64,000 nt of DNA from positions 384,001 to 448,000 of the forward strand of contig CAXXFL010000001.1 in assembly GCA_963674965.2 (NCBI GenBank), given 5' to 3'. The stretch comes from a bacterium. Lineage in GTDB: Bacteria > RBG-13-61-14 > DATKZS01. How positions within the stretch are numbered: the first letter of the stretch is position 1; every line of letters begins with the position of its first letter. Shown here in pieces: positions 52,907-61,553 of this stretch. Under the pieces are notes generated by a model. The model made no database searches and was not told the origin of the DNA. It saw only the letters and a list, made by a program, of their open reading frames with translations. Both the position numbers and the translations under genes were made by a program.

Positions 52907-53388
52907 CCCGATCCCTCTTTGAGCACGATCCATGCCCGCAAACCAAGGCCAGGGCGAGGCAAGGCTTGGGGGACGTGAGGGGGTGACCATTTTTTGATAA
53001 AAAAATGCGCTCTTATAAGATGAGTATTTTTTCTTTCCAACATTTTTCGTCCCATTCATTTTGGAATTATTCTATAATCGTCAGCGCAAAGGCGCGCATC
53101 ATGTTGCGCTACAGATGCTTATTCGCAACTATGTTTCGCTTCCGCGCGTTTATCCTCGTCGATCGCCTCCTTCAAAAAAATTAGAATCTTTTAATCAACC
53201 CTTGCGGGCATAACTTTTGTATCCTCGCTGTTGCAATTTCGCAATTAGTAGGGTAGAATCGTTATAGATAAAAAGCGTCGGCCGTTTCTTGCTGCGGGGC
53301 TTGTGAAACAATGCATCATAATATGCCCCGCCAAGAAACGCCGTTACCACGCCAAACGGCGGGGAAAAAAGACGGAATCGAGGGGCAT

Positions 53389-54750
53389 ATGCCGTTTGAT
53401 CAAAAAAACACTCCTACCTTCAACGAGATAAACGACCTTATTTTCGAGAGCATCACCGAGGGCGTCTTCTCGACGGACAAGAACTGCCGCGTCACTTCCT
53501 TCAACCGGGCGGCCGAGGAAATCTCCGGCTTCAGCCGGGAGGAGGCCATCGGCCAGTTCTGCTTCGATATTTTCCGCACGGACCTTTGCCACACGCGGTG
53601 CGCGCTCCGCAACACCCTCGAGAACGGCAAGCCCATCTCCAACTTCAAGGTGAACATCTTAAACAGGAACGGCGTCAAAATCCCCATCAGCGTGAGCACC
53701 TCCATCCTCCGCGACAGGGAAGGCGGACCGAGGGGCGCGGTCGAGATATTCCGCGACCTCTCGGCCATGGAGGAACTCAGGAAACAGCTTCAAGCCGCGG
53801 ACCAGGTCGAGAAGCTGGCCAGCCGCAACCGGGAGATGCAGGAAATCTTCAACCTCATTCCCGACGTGGCCGAGTCCGACTGCAACGTCCTCATCCAGGG
53901 CCCGTCGGGCTCGGGCAAGGAGCTGCTGGCCCGGGCCATCCACAAGCTTAGCTCGAGGCGCGACCGTCCCTATATCCGGGTCAACTGCGCTGCCCTTCCC
54001 GAGACCCTGCTCGAGTCCGAGCTGTTCGGATACGTGAAGGGCGCCTTTACCGACGCCAAGCGCGACAAGCCGGGCCGGTTCGTGGTGGCGGACCAGGGCA
54101 CGATCCTTTTGGACGAGATCGGGGACATGCCCTTGTCCCTCCAGGCCAAGCTCCTCCGGGTGCTGCAGGACGGGGAAATCCAGCCCCTCGGATCGACCAA
54201 GTCCACTCACGTTGACGTCCGGGTCATCGCCTCGACCCATAACGACGTCAAGAACATGATCGAGGAGGGCTTGTTCAGGGGAGACCTTTTTTACAGGCTC
54301 AAGGTGATTAACATCGAGATACCGCCCCTGCGGAGGAGGCCCGAGGACATCCCCCTCCTGGTGGACTTCTTTATCCAGCGCTTCAACGCCCAGCAGGGAA
54401 AGCGCATCGAGGGGATTTCCGAGGAGGTCCTGGACCACGTGATGAATTACGACTTTCCCGGCAACGTGCGCGAGCTCGAGAACGCCATCGAGCACGCCTT
54501 CGTGCTTTGCAAGGAGGACGTCATCCAGCTCCACCACCTGCCCCGGGACATGAGGGAATCGGGGCCTCACGCGGCGGCCTTTTCCTCGCGGCCTCGGAAC
54601 CCCGTCGAGACGGCCGAGGCCAAGGTCATAAAGGACCTCCTCGAGCGGCACCGCTGGAACAAGGCCAAGGTCTCCGAGATACTCGGCATTCACCGCACCA
54701 CCTTGTGGCGCAAGATGCAGAAGCTGGGCATCGGCAGGGGCCAAGACTGA
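53389..54750 (+). CDS. PAS-domain sigma-54 enhancer-binding protein (Fis HTH)
   Basis: PAS domain (FNRAAEEISG), GPSGSGKEL, ESELFGYVKGAFTDA, FPGNVRELEN, LGIHRTTLWRK; start 53389 (GAGGGG RBS) or 53311. Confidence 0.95.
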   Translation: MPFDQKNTPTFNEINDLIFESITEGVFSTDKNCRVTSFNRAAEEISGFSREEAIGQFCFDIFRTDLCHTRCALRNTLENGKPISNFKVNILNRNGVKIPISVSTSILRDREGGPRGAVEIFRDLSAMEELRKQLQAADQVEKLASRNREMQEIFNLIPDVAESDCNVLIQGPSGSGKELLARAIHKLSSRRDRPYIRVNCAALPETLLESELFGYVKGAFTDAKRDKPGRFVVADQGTILLDEIGDMPLSLQAKLLRVLQDGEIQPLGSTKSTHVDVRVIASTHNDVKNMIEEGLFRGDLFYRLKVINIEIPPLRRRPEDIPLLVDFFIQRFNAQQGKRIEGISEEVLDHVMNYDFPGNVRELENAIEHAFVLCKEDVIQLHHLPRDMRESGPHAAAFSSRPRNPVETAEAKVIKDLLERHRWNKAKVSEILGIHRTTLWRKMQKLGIGRGQD

Positions 54751-54797
54751 AGGCGCGGCTCGGGCCTCACGCGCCCGGCCCGCTCAACCTTCCCCGC

Positions 54798-55391
54798 TCA
54801 GCCGGCGGCCTTGACCGACTGCCCGCAGCTCTCGCAAACGTGGACGTCCGCCTCGCTCTTGTCGGGGACCGCGTCGTACTCGGCGCCGCTCTTCTTCACG
54901 TAGTCCCTCGAGCGGGCCAGGTCCCTTTCGTTGCGGATGGCCTTGCCGAAGAAGCCGCCCTGCCAGAAGGACTCCATGCCCCGGGCCGCGTCCTTGTCCA
55001 TCTTGATCTTGTAGTTGGCCCCCGCCTTGAAATGGTCCACGATGGCGTCGAGAAGGCGCGTCGAGGGCGTGCCAATCTTGCCCGGCCTCACCGCCTCGCA
55101 CTGGGTGGCCGAGCCGATGCAGCTCTTGGGCTTTTCGCAGTCCGGTATCTTGGGACAGTCGCCCGTCACCAGGATGCCGTGGATGGCGGTGGGAGTGATG
55201 GCGAACTGGTCCAGAGTAACCCCCGGCCTGAGGTCCATGGCCGCCAGAAACTCGTGGTAGACGATCTTGCCGAAATGGTTAAGATGCATCCGCCCCGAAT
55301 CGGCGTTGCCAAGGGAGTACTCCTTTTTCCTGGTGTAAAGCGAGATGAGAAAAAGACCCGATTTTGTAAAGTCGTATGTTTTGTTGTTCAT
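54798..55391 (-). CDS. Degenerate RAYT/IS200-like (Y1 HUH) transposase homolog with Cys-rich additions
   Basis: YDF...G.FLISLYT, LNHFGKIV, LDQFAITPTAIHGIL (cf. LDEFVVMPNHIHGII), IVDHFK, FWQGGFFGKAIRNERDL...DYV (cf. WQRNYYEHIIR..Y); GGAGG RBS. Confidence 0.75.
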   Translation of the reverse strand: MNNKTYDFTKSGLFLISLYTRKKEYSLGNADSGRMHLNHFGKIVYHEFLAAMDLRPGVTLDQFAITPTAIHGILVTGDCPKIPDCEKPKSCIGSATQCEAVRPGKIGTPSTRLLDAIVDHFKAGANYKIKMDKDAARGMESFWQGGFFGKAIRNERDLARSRDYVKKSGAEYDAVPDKSEADVHVCESCGQSVKAAG

Positions 55392-55417
55392 GCTTCACCT
55401 CCTGTTCCCAAGCGGTG

Positions 55418-55432
55418 GCAGGAAGCGTGCCA
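55418..55432 (-). promoter_or_regulatory. Sigma-54 promoter of the RAYT-like gene
   Basis: Minus strand reads TGGCACGCTTCCTGC (GG-N10-GC), 26 nt upstream of the ATG. Confidence 0.7.
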
Positions 55433-55439
55433 TAAAACC

Positions 55440-55626
55440 TGCAACAATTGCAACAACGAATTAATTATTCTAATATATCAGGTACTTTAAATACACACCT
55501 TTCAGCAGGAAGGTCTCCGGGCGCCATAGAACGGCATCAACTCGCATGCAACATGATGCAATTACGCTCTATGTCACATGCAACACGGTGCGGAAGTCGT
55601 CAGGAAAATCAAAACGAGATGCAACG
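55440..55626. promoter_or_regulatory. TGCAACA motif cluster, candidate bEBP upstream activating sites
   Basis: TGCAACA at 55440, 55449, 55547 and 55579; TGCAACG at 55620. Confidence 0.6.
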
Positions 55627-55696
55627 CTAAATCTGATCTCTTTGAAAAGATTTGCAGGACAAGCCCCGCGGCGGGACGGCCCTCTCAAGGTCCGGA

Positions 55697-56092
55697 CTAA
55701 AGGCCCATCTTCTCGATCAGCTCGAGCACGGAGGAAAGGGGGAAGGGCTTGATGAGGAAGAACTTGGCGCCCAGGTCCTTGGCCTGGTTCATGATTTCGT
55801 CGTCGGCGTGGGCGGACATGAAGATAACCGGAATCCGGGCGGTCTCGATCCTGTTTTGCATGCCCTTTAAAAGGGATATGCCGTCGAGCTTTTCCATTCT
55901 GATGTCGCTGACGATAAGGTCGGGCTTTTCCTTTTCCAGGTCCACCAGCACGTCGTATCCGTCCCTTATGGCCTTTACCCGGCGTCCTTTTCCGGTGAGG
56001 TACTTATCGAGGGACGCCCGCATGATGGGGTCGTCGTCCACCACGAATATATAGGTCCGGCGCTTTCCCGCCTGGATGTATTCGGTGTTCAT
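55697..56092 (-). CDS. Single-domain response regulator (receiver)
   Basis: VVDDD, VSDIRM (phospho-Asp), FMSAH, IKPF. Confidence 0.92.
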   Translation of the reverse strand: MNTEYIQAGKRRTYIFVVDDDPIMRASLDKYLTGKGRRVKAIRDGYDVLVDLEKEKPDLIVSDIRMEKLDGISLLKGMQNRIETARIPVIFMSAHADDEIMNQAKDLGAKFFLIKPFPLSSVLELIEKMGL

Positions 56093-56099
56093 GGCCGCC

Positions 56100-56462
56100 T
56101 CATTTCCCCGCGTCCCAGTCGAAGGACCCGGCCGCGCCGCGGAAGTTCTCGAATTCCTCTTTGATCCGCAGCGCGTCGTCCCCCGCCTCGGTTATGTCCT
56201 CTTCCTTGGCCTTCATCTCCAGGGCCCGGGCCAGTCCGCTGAGCCTCAGCGCCCCGATCATCGCGGACGACCCGGCCAGGCGATGGGAAATCGTTATTAT
56301 GTCCTCGATGGCCCCGCCCTCCGCGGCCGACTCGAGGGCCTCGAGCTCGGCGGGCGTCTCTTTAAGGAACAACTCCACGATCTCCCGCAACAGGTCGGCG
56401 TCGTTCTCGAAAATCTCGACCCCATGCCTGAAGTCGAAGGTCTTTGGCTGTTCCTGGTTCAT
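56100..56462 (-). CDS. Hpt (histidine phosphotransfer) domain protein
   Basis: LLREIVELFL...SHRLAGSSAMIGA..L..LARALE. Confidence 0.88.
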   Translation of the reverse strand: MNQEQPKTFDFRHGVEIFENDADLLREIVELFLKETPAELEALESAAEGGAIEDIITISHRLAGSSAMIGALRLSGLARALEMKAKEEDITEAGDDALRIKEEFENFRGAAGSFDWDAGK

Positions 56463-56622
56463 CGGCCTCTCCTCCCCTCCTCCCGAGCGGGCCGGGAAAG
56501 GGTTGGGTACGATTATACAACAATTGGGCGCGGCGGCAATGAAGATTTTATTACCGCGCGCATAAGAGGCCGGCGGAATGGAATGGACGCGAATCAGACG
56601 CCGGCCTTTCCCCAGATCACGT

Positions 56623-58233
56623 TCAATCCGCCGAGGCGTATTCCTTCCAGAACTCGCACTTGGGTTCGAAGTCGTTTTTCTCGACGTGGAGGGGCACGTC
56701 GAGGACCATGGTTTCCTTTTTGTCGCTCGAGTATTTGGGCCACTGGGGAAGGCCGAAGGAGTTGGGGTCGCCGTCGCGGGCGAAGCTGGCCCAGTAGGTC
56801 CTCACGTCGTCGCTCAGGTGATAGGCGTCCTCCATGTCCTCGCTCACGAAAAGGGTCGAGGGCGGACGGTCCAGGTTCGAGAAGGCGAACATGATCTCGA
56901 CCCCGTGGGCCGCGCCCACCATGTTGGGCATGCGGTGACCGTCGAAGTCGAAGCGATAGAAATAAACCGGCTCGTACCTCGAGACGGCCTCGGCCGCCTC
57001 GTAGCACTTGCACCCGAGCATGGCGTCGCCCACCCCGTGGAGGGCCGCGTCCACGGGCCTTTTATAAGAACTCATGGGATAGTAAGTCCGGAACTCGTCC
57101 TCCCCCTTGTCGCCCAGGGCCTCCTCCATGACGCCCTTTACCGCCGGCTTGGGGGCCATGCGAATACCGGGGGCCACGATGGTGAAGAGCTTGACCTCGT
57201 CCCGGTTGCTGCCCACCATGAAGGGAACCCGGTTAAAGGAACCGCTCTCGAGGGCCGCGATGGGCGTCTGGGTCAGGTTGACCCCGTCCACCGTCGGTAC
57301 CCAGGTGAAGCTAATAACGCCGGCGAGGCCCTTCTTTTTCTTTTCCTTATCCTCGGCCTTGCCGGCGAGGATTTCATTCGCGTCCCGGGACCGGAGGCAG
57401 GCGAGCTTGTTCTCGCCCGCGCAGCCCAGGTCGGCGGCGAAGAGTCGGCCTTTATCGAGGGCCGTCTCCCTGGTCAGGACCGTGTCGCATCCGCCGCTCT
57501 CGAGGATGGCCTTGTCGAACTTGCCCTTGGCCCGGGGACTGGCCAGGAGGTTGCAAACGCTCCAGCCGCCCGCGCTCTCTCCGAAGATGGTCACGTTGCC
57601 CGCGTCGCCGCCAAAGGAGGAGATATTGGCCTTGACCCACTCGAGGGCCTTGATCTGGTCCATGAGTCCGTAGTTGCCCACCCCGTCGCTCTCGGTCTCG
57701 AGTTCCGGAAGGGCCAGGAAGCCGAACTGGCCCAGCCGGTAGTTGATGGTCACCACCACCACGTCCTCGAGGGCCGCCAGACGGTCGCCCCGGTACATGT
57801 CGAGGGACCCGGCCCCCGAGGTAAGGGAACCGCCGTGAATCCAGACCATGACCGGAAAGGACCCGCTCTTGGCCGGGCGCCACACGTTAAGATACAGGCA
57901 GTCCTCGCTCTTGCCGGGGGACTCGCCGCCGGGAAGGGGTATCTCGTTGCCGTCTCCCTTTTGCATGCATATGTCGCCGAAGGAGTCGGCGAGCCTTATG
58001 CCCTTCCACGGCTCGGGGTCCCGGGGCGGGGCCCATCTCAACTCGCCCACCGGCGGGGCCGCGTAGGGTATACCGCGATACTCGCAGACGTGCCCGTTCA
58101 TGGCCGTAAGCCCCGAGACCTCTCCCGCCCCGGCGCTCGAGGGCTGGGCGCAGAAATCGTCATCCCCCAGGGCCGGAAGGTTGAAAAGAAACATGGAACC
58201 GATCAAAAGCGCGACGGCGGCTTTCCCCTTCAT
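56623..58233 (-). CDS. Secreted type B carboxylesterase/lipase
   Basis: GIPYAAPPVGELRW, SEDCLYLNVW, WIHGG, FGESAG, GAAHGVE; signal peptide; GGAGG RBS before ATG 58233. Confidence 0.93.
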   Translation of the reverse strand: MKGKAAVALLIGSMFLFNLPALGDDDFCAQPSSAGAGEVSGLTAMNGHVCEYRGIPYAAPPVGELRWAPPRDPEPWKGIRLADSFGDICMQKGDGNEIPLPGGESPGKSEDCLYLNVWRPAKSGSFPVMVWIHGGSLTSGAGSLDMYRGDRLAALEDVVVVTINYRLGQFGFLALPELETESDGVGNYGLMDQIKALEWVKANISSFGGDAGNVTIFGESAGGWSVCNLLASPRAKGKFDKAILESGGCDTVLTRETALDKGRLFAADLGCAGENKLACLRSRDANEILAGKAEDKEKKKKGLAGVISFTWVPTVDGVNLTQTPIAALESGSFNRVPFMVGSNRDEVKLFTIVAPGIRMAPKPAVKGVMEEALGDKGEDEFRTYYPMSSYKRPVDAALHGVGDAMLGCKCYEAAEAVSRYEPVYFYRFDFDGHRMPNMVGAAHGVEIMFAFSNLDRPPSTLFVSEDMEDAYHLSDDVRTYWASFARDGDPNSFGLPQWPKYSSDKKETMVLDVPLHVEKNDFEPKCEFWKEYASAD

Positions 58234-58381
58234 GCTATCCTCCTTGAAAAACGGTCTTACTATTCGACGTACCGAAATTATCATAATACAGGGGGGCGGC
58301 AAAGTTCAACGGCGCGACCCTCGGCGAATGGATTAACGACCGAGTTCACTTTTTTGCCTCGCCTGTTATATATTCCGTTAC

Positions 58382-59464
58382 ATGCAAGGCCGCAAAATAA
58401 TCCACGTGGACATGGACGCCTTTTTCGCCTCCGTCGAGCAGCGCGACGACCCGTCGCTGAGGGGCAAGCCGGTCATCGTGGGCGGAGACCCCGGCGGAAG
58501 AGGCGTGGTGGCGGCCTGTTCCTACGAGGCGAGAAAATACGGCGTCCATTCCGCCATGCCCGCGGGCAGGGCCGCCAGGCTTTGCCCCGGCGCGGTTTTC
58601 CTCCGGCCCCGCTTCGAGGCCTACCGCGAGACCAGCCGGACAATCGCGTCCGTCTTCACGGACTACACCGACCTCGTCGAGCCGGCCTCCCTGGACGAGG
58701 CCTACCTCGACGTGACCGTGAACAAGAAAAACAATCCATCCGCCACCAGTCTGGCCCGGGAGATAAGGGCGAGGATACTCGATATTACCGGCCTGACCTG
58801 CTCGGCCGGCGTGTCTTACAACAAGTTCCTGGCCAAGGTCGCCTCGGACCATAACAAACCAAACGGACTGACCGTTATTAGGCCCGAGGAGGCAAGGGCC
58901 TTTATCGCCGCGCTTCCGATCGGCAAGTTCCACGGGATTGGAAAAGTGACCGAGCGCAAGATGAAGCAAATGGGCGTTCACATGGGGGCCGACCTTGCAA
59001 GGCGCTCCATCGAGGAGCTTACGGAAAAATTCGGCAAGGCCGGCGCCTATTACCACGCCATCGCCAGGGGCTTTGACGAGCGGCCGGTCGAGCCTTTCCG
59101 GGAGCGCAAGTCCCTGGGCAAGGAGGTCACCCTTTCCGAGGACACGGACGACGAGCGGATGATGGAGTCCGTCATTTCCGGGCTGGCGTCCCTCGTGTCC
59201 GAATCGGCGGCGAAAAAGGGCATAGCCGCTCGGACCTTGACGGTCAAGGTCCGGTACTCGGACTTCGAGTCCATCACCAGGAGCTTTACTCGCGCCGAGG
59301 GCATAGGCGACGCGGCGGACATGCTCTATCTGGCCAAGGCCCTCTTGGAAAAAACGGAGGCGGGCAAAAGAAAGGTAAGGCTTCTGGGGCTGTCCCTTTC
59401 CAATTTCGAGTCGGAAGAAGGCGGGCAAAGAAGGCCCGTCCAATTAAAGCTTCCCTTTTACTAG
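58382..59464 (+). CDS. dinB: DNA polymerase IV
   Basis: IIHVDMDAFFASVEQRD, SYEARKYGV, SLDEAYLD, LAKVASDHNKPNG. Confidence 0.97.
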   Translation: MQGRKIIHVDMDAFFASVEQRDDPSLRGKPVIVGGDPGGRGVVAACSYEARKYGVHSAMPAGRAARLCPGAVFLRPRFEAYRETSRTIASVFTDYTDLVEPASLDEAYLDVTVNKKNNPSATSLAREIRARILDITGLTCSAGVSYNKFLAKVASDHNKPNGLTVIRPEEARAFIAALPIGKFHGIGKVTERKMKQMGVHMGADLARRSIEELTEKFGKAGAYYHAIARGFDERPVEPFRERKSLGKEVTLSEDTDDERMMESVISGLASLVSESAAKKGIAARTLTVKVRYSDFESITRSFTRAEGIGDAADMLYLAKALLEKTEAGKRKVRLLGLSLSNFESEEGGQRRPVQLKLPFY

Positions 59465-59657
59465 TCCTCCCGCCATTCGCCGGCGGCGCCCCTATAAAAG
59501 GCGCCTTGTCCGGCCTTTGAAAAAAGAGATAAAAAATTCTTGCCCGCGCGCCCGGCTCGTTATATATTATTGTCGTGAATGACGGGTGGGAACAATCGAG
59601 CGGCGAGATCGCGATAAATCCTTTTAGAGCAAACTCAAGGCAAATCGGGAGGATGGC

Positions 59658-60239
59658 ATGACGGTGGATACTCATGGAATAAAAAAGGATTCAACCGCGG
59701 GCTTTTATCGGGGGCATGGCCTGATCGGGCGTCCGATATTATTAGGAGTGGTTTTGCTTTGCGTCCTGGTACTGGGCTGCAAGCTTGGCGGCGACAAGAA
59801 GAAAGTCATCAAGATCATCGACTCCGAGACTATTTTCGTTCTTTGGGAGCCGGGCTCGTTGGCTAAGATGGAGACCGAGGAGAGGGTCAGAATAGCCGGG
59901 ATAAAAATTCATGAGCGCTGGTCCGAGGGGAACAGGCAGGCCCAAAAAGACCTCGAGGAGATGCTTAAGGGCAAAGAAGTGACGGTCGAGATGGACTCGC
60001 CGGGGTCCACCGCCCGAGACGCTCGGGGTTCGATTATATGCCACGTGTTTCTGGATGGAAAAAACGTGGGAGTGGAAATGGTTCGCCGCGGGTATTCCAA
60101 ATACTACGACTCGAACGCCAAGAAATACGCGGACGAGTTCAAAAAGGCCGAGGAAGAGGCCCAGGCCAACGCGGTGGGCATTTGGTCGGACGAGTATAAG
60201 GAATGGCAGGCCGACCGGGCCGCCGTTTTCGGTTATTAA
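59658..60239 (+). CDS. Thermonuclease (SNase)-fold lipoprotein with a divergent active site
   Basis: IIDSETI, VRIAGI, NVGVEMVRRGY, AEEEAQANAVGIWS; lipobox VLGC. Confidence 0.75.
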   Translation: MTVDTHGIKKDSTAGFYRGHGLIGRPILLGVVLLCVLVLGCKLGGDKKKVIKIIDSETIFVLWEPGSLAKMETEERVRIAGIKIHERWSEGNRQAQKDLEEMLKGKEVTVEMDSPGSTARDARGSIICHVFLDGKNVGVEMVRRGYSKYYDSNAKKYADEFKKAEEEAQANAVGIWSDEYKEWQADRAAVFGY

Positions 60240-60272
60240 ACGTAATATTAAGTAAAACAAAGGGGAAAAAAC

Positions 60273-61478
60273 ATGTCCGATTCCTTTACGGAGACCTCGG
60301 TAATTTCGTGGGGCAGCAGGCTCAAGGACTCGATTAAAAGCGTGCTGGTGGGCTTTTTACTGTTCGTCATTTCTTTTCCGCTCCTTTTCTGGAACGAGGG
60401 CCGGGCGGTTAAAAGGGCCAAGACCCTGGAGACGGGCGCGGCGGCCGTGGTTTCCGTGTCCTCCGACAAGGTTGACCCGGCCAACGAGGGCAAGCTGGTC
60501 CACATGACCGGCGAGGCCACCACCTCGGACGTTCTGCAGGACCCCATTTTCGGGGTTTCCCAGACGGCCATCAGGCTCGAGCGAGTGGTCGAGATGTACC
60601 AATGGGACGAGGACCAGAGCACCAAGACCGTCAACAAGACGGGCGGCAAGCAGGTCAAGGAGACGACCTATTCCTATAAGACCGTCTGGTCCGAGAGTCT
60701 GATCGACTCGAGCAGCTTCCACGTCCAGGAGGCCAGGTCGAGCAAAAGGAACCCGGGTTCCATGCCCTACCAATCCAGCGAATGGGAGGCCCGGAACGCG
60801 ACCATCGGGGCCTTCAGGCTCACGCCCGGCCAGATTTCGGGCATCGGCAACTCCTCCCAGCTCAGGATGGACGAGACCAGCCTGGCCGCGCTCTCGCCCG
60901 AGGTCAAGGGCAAAGTCGGGATTTCGGACGGCATGCTTTACATGCCGGTTGGCGTTGCCGCCGGCGGCACGGCGGGGACGGTGAGCGTTCCGGCCAGCCC
61001 CTCCGTGGGCGACGTAAGGGTGACCTTCAACGTGGTGCTTCCCGCCACCATCAGCATCGTCTACCGCCAAATCGGGGACACCTTCGAGCCCTTCAAGACC
61101 GAGACCGGCGACCTGGCCCTCTTGAAAATGGGGACCATGAGCGCCGACTCCATGTTCCAGGCGGCCCAGCAGGAAAACGCCATCCTCACCTGGATACTGC
61201 GAGTGGTGGGCTTCGTCTTCATGGCCGCCGGCATCGGCATGTTCTTCAAGCCCCTGGTGACGGTGGCGGACGTGCTGCCCATCCTGGGCGACCTTCTCGG
61301 GGCCGGCGTCTTTATCTTCGCCGCCGTCCTGGCCTTCGGCCTGTCGGTGATCACCATCGCCATAGCTTGGCTGTTCTACAGGCCCATCTTGGGCGTCATC
61401 CTGATCGTGGTGGCCGTGGGCGCCGTGGTGGGAATGAAGTTCGCCTTGGGCAAGAAAAAGACCGAACCCGCAGTCTAA
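60273..61478 (+). CDS. TMEM43/DUF1625-family membrane protein
   Basis: LLFWNEGRAV, NEGKLVH, L.RVVEMYQW.E, PSVGDVRV, LTWILR, AWLFYRP. Confidence 0.88.
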   Translation: MSDSFTETSVISWGSRLKDSIKSVLVGFLLFVISFPLLFWNEGRAVKRAKTLETGAAAVVSVSSDKVDPANEGKLVHMTGEATTSDVLQDPIFGVSQTAIRLERVVEMYQWDEDQSTKTVNKTGGKQVKETTYSYKTVWSESLIDSSSFHVQEARSSKRNPGSMPYQSSEWEARNATIGAFRLTPGQISGIGNSSQLRMDETSLAALSPEVKGKVGISDGMLYMPVGVAAGGTAGTVSVPASPSVGDVRVTFNVVLPATISIVYRQIGDTFEPFKTETGDLALLKMGTMSADSMFQAAQQENAILTWILRVVGFVFMAAGIGMFFKPLVTVADVLPILGDLLGAGVFIFAAVLAFGLSVITIAIAWLFYRPILGVILIVVAVGAVVGMKFALGKKKTEPAV

Positions 61479-61490
61479 GAATCCAAAGAC

Positions 61491-61532
61491 AAGGGCGGTT
61501 GAACCCCGGCGTGGGTTTTAACCGCCCTTTTT
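61491..61532. terminator. Terminator between convergent genes
   Basis: AAGGGCGGTT...AACCGCCCTT stem followed by a T tract. Confidence 0.75.
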
Positions 61533-61553
61533 CTATTATCCAATCTAACGACG

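Noticed and set aside
54798-55391. Active IS200/IS605 element
   Set aside because: HUH motif is broken, there is no tnpB, and no convincing terminal hairpins; treated as a derived host gene instead.
58340-58381. LexA box upstream of dinB
   Set aside because: No match to the LexA box consensus sequences I know could be identified with confidence.
56578-58854. 758-aa plus-strand ORF
   Set aside because: Antisense to the carboxylesterase and out of frame with dinB; no family features.
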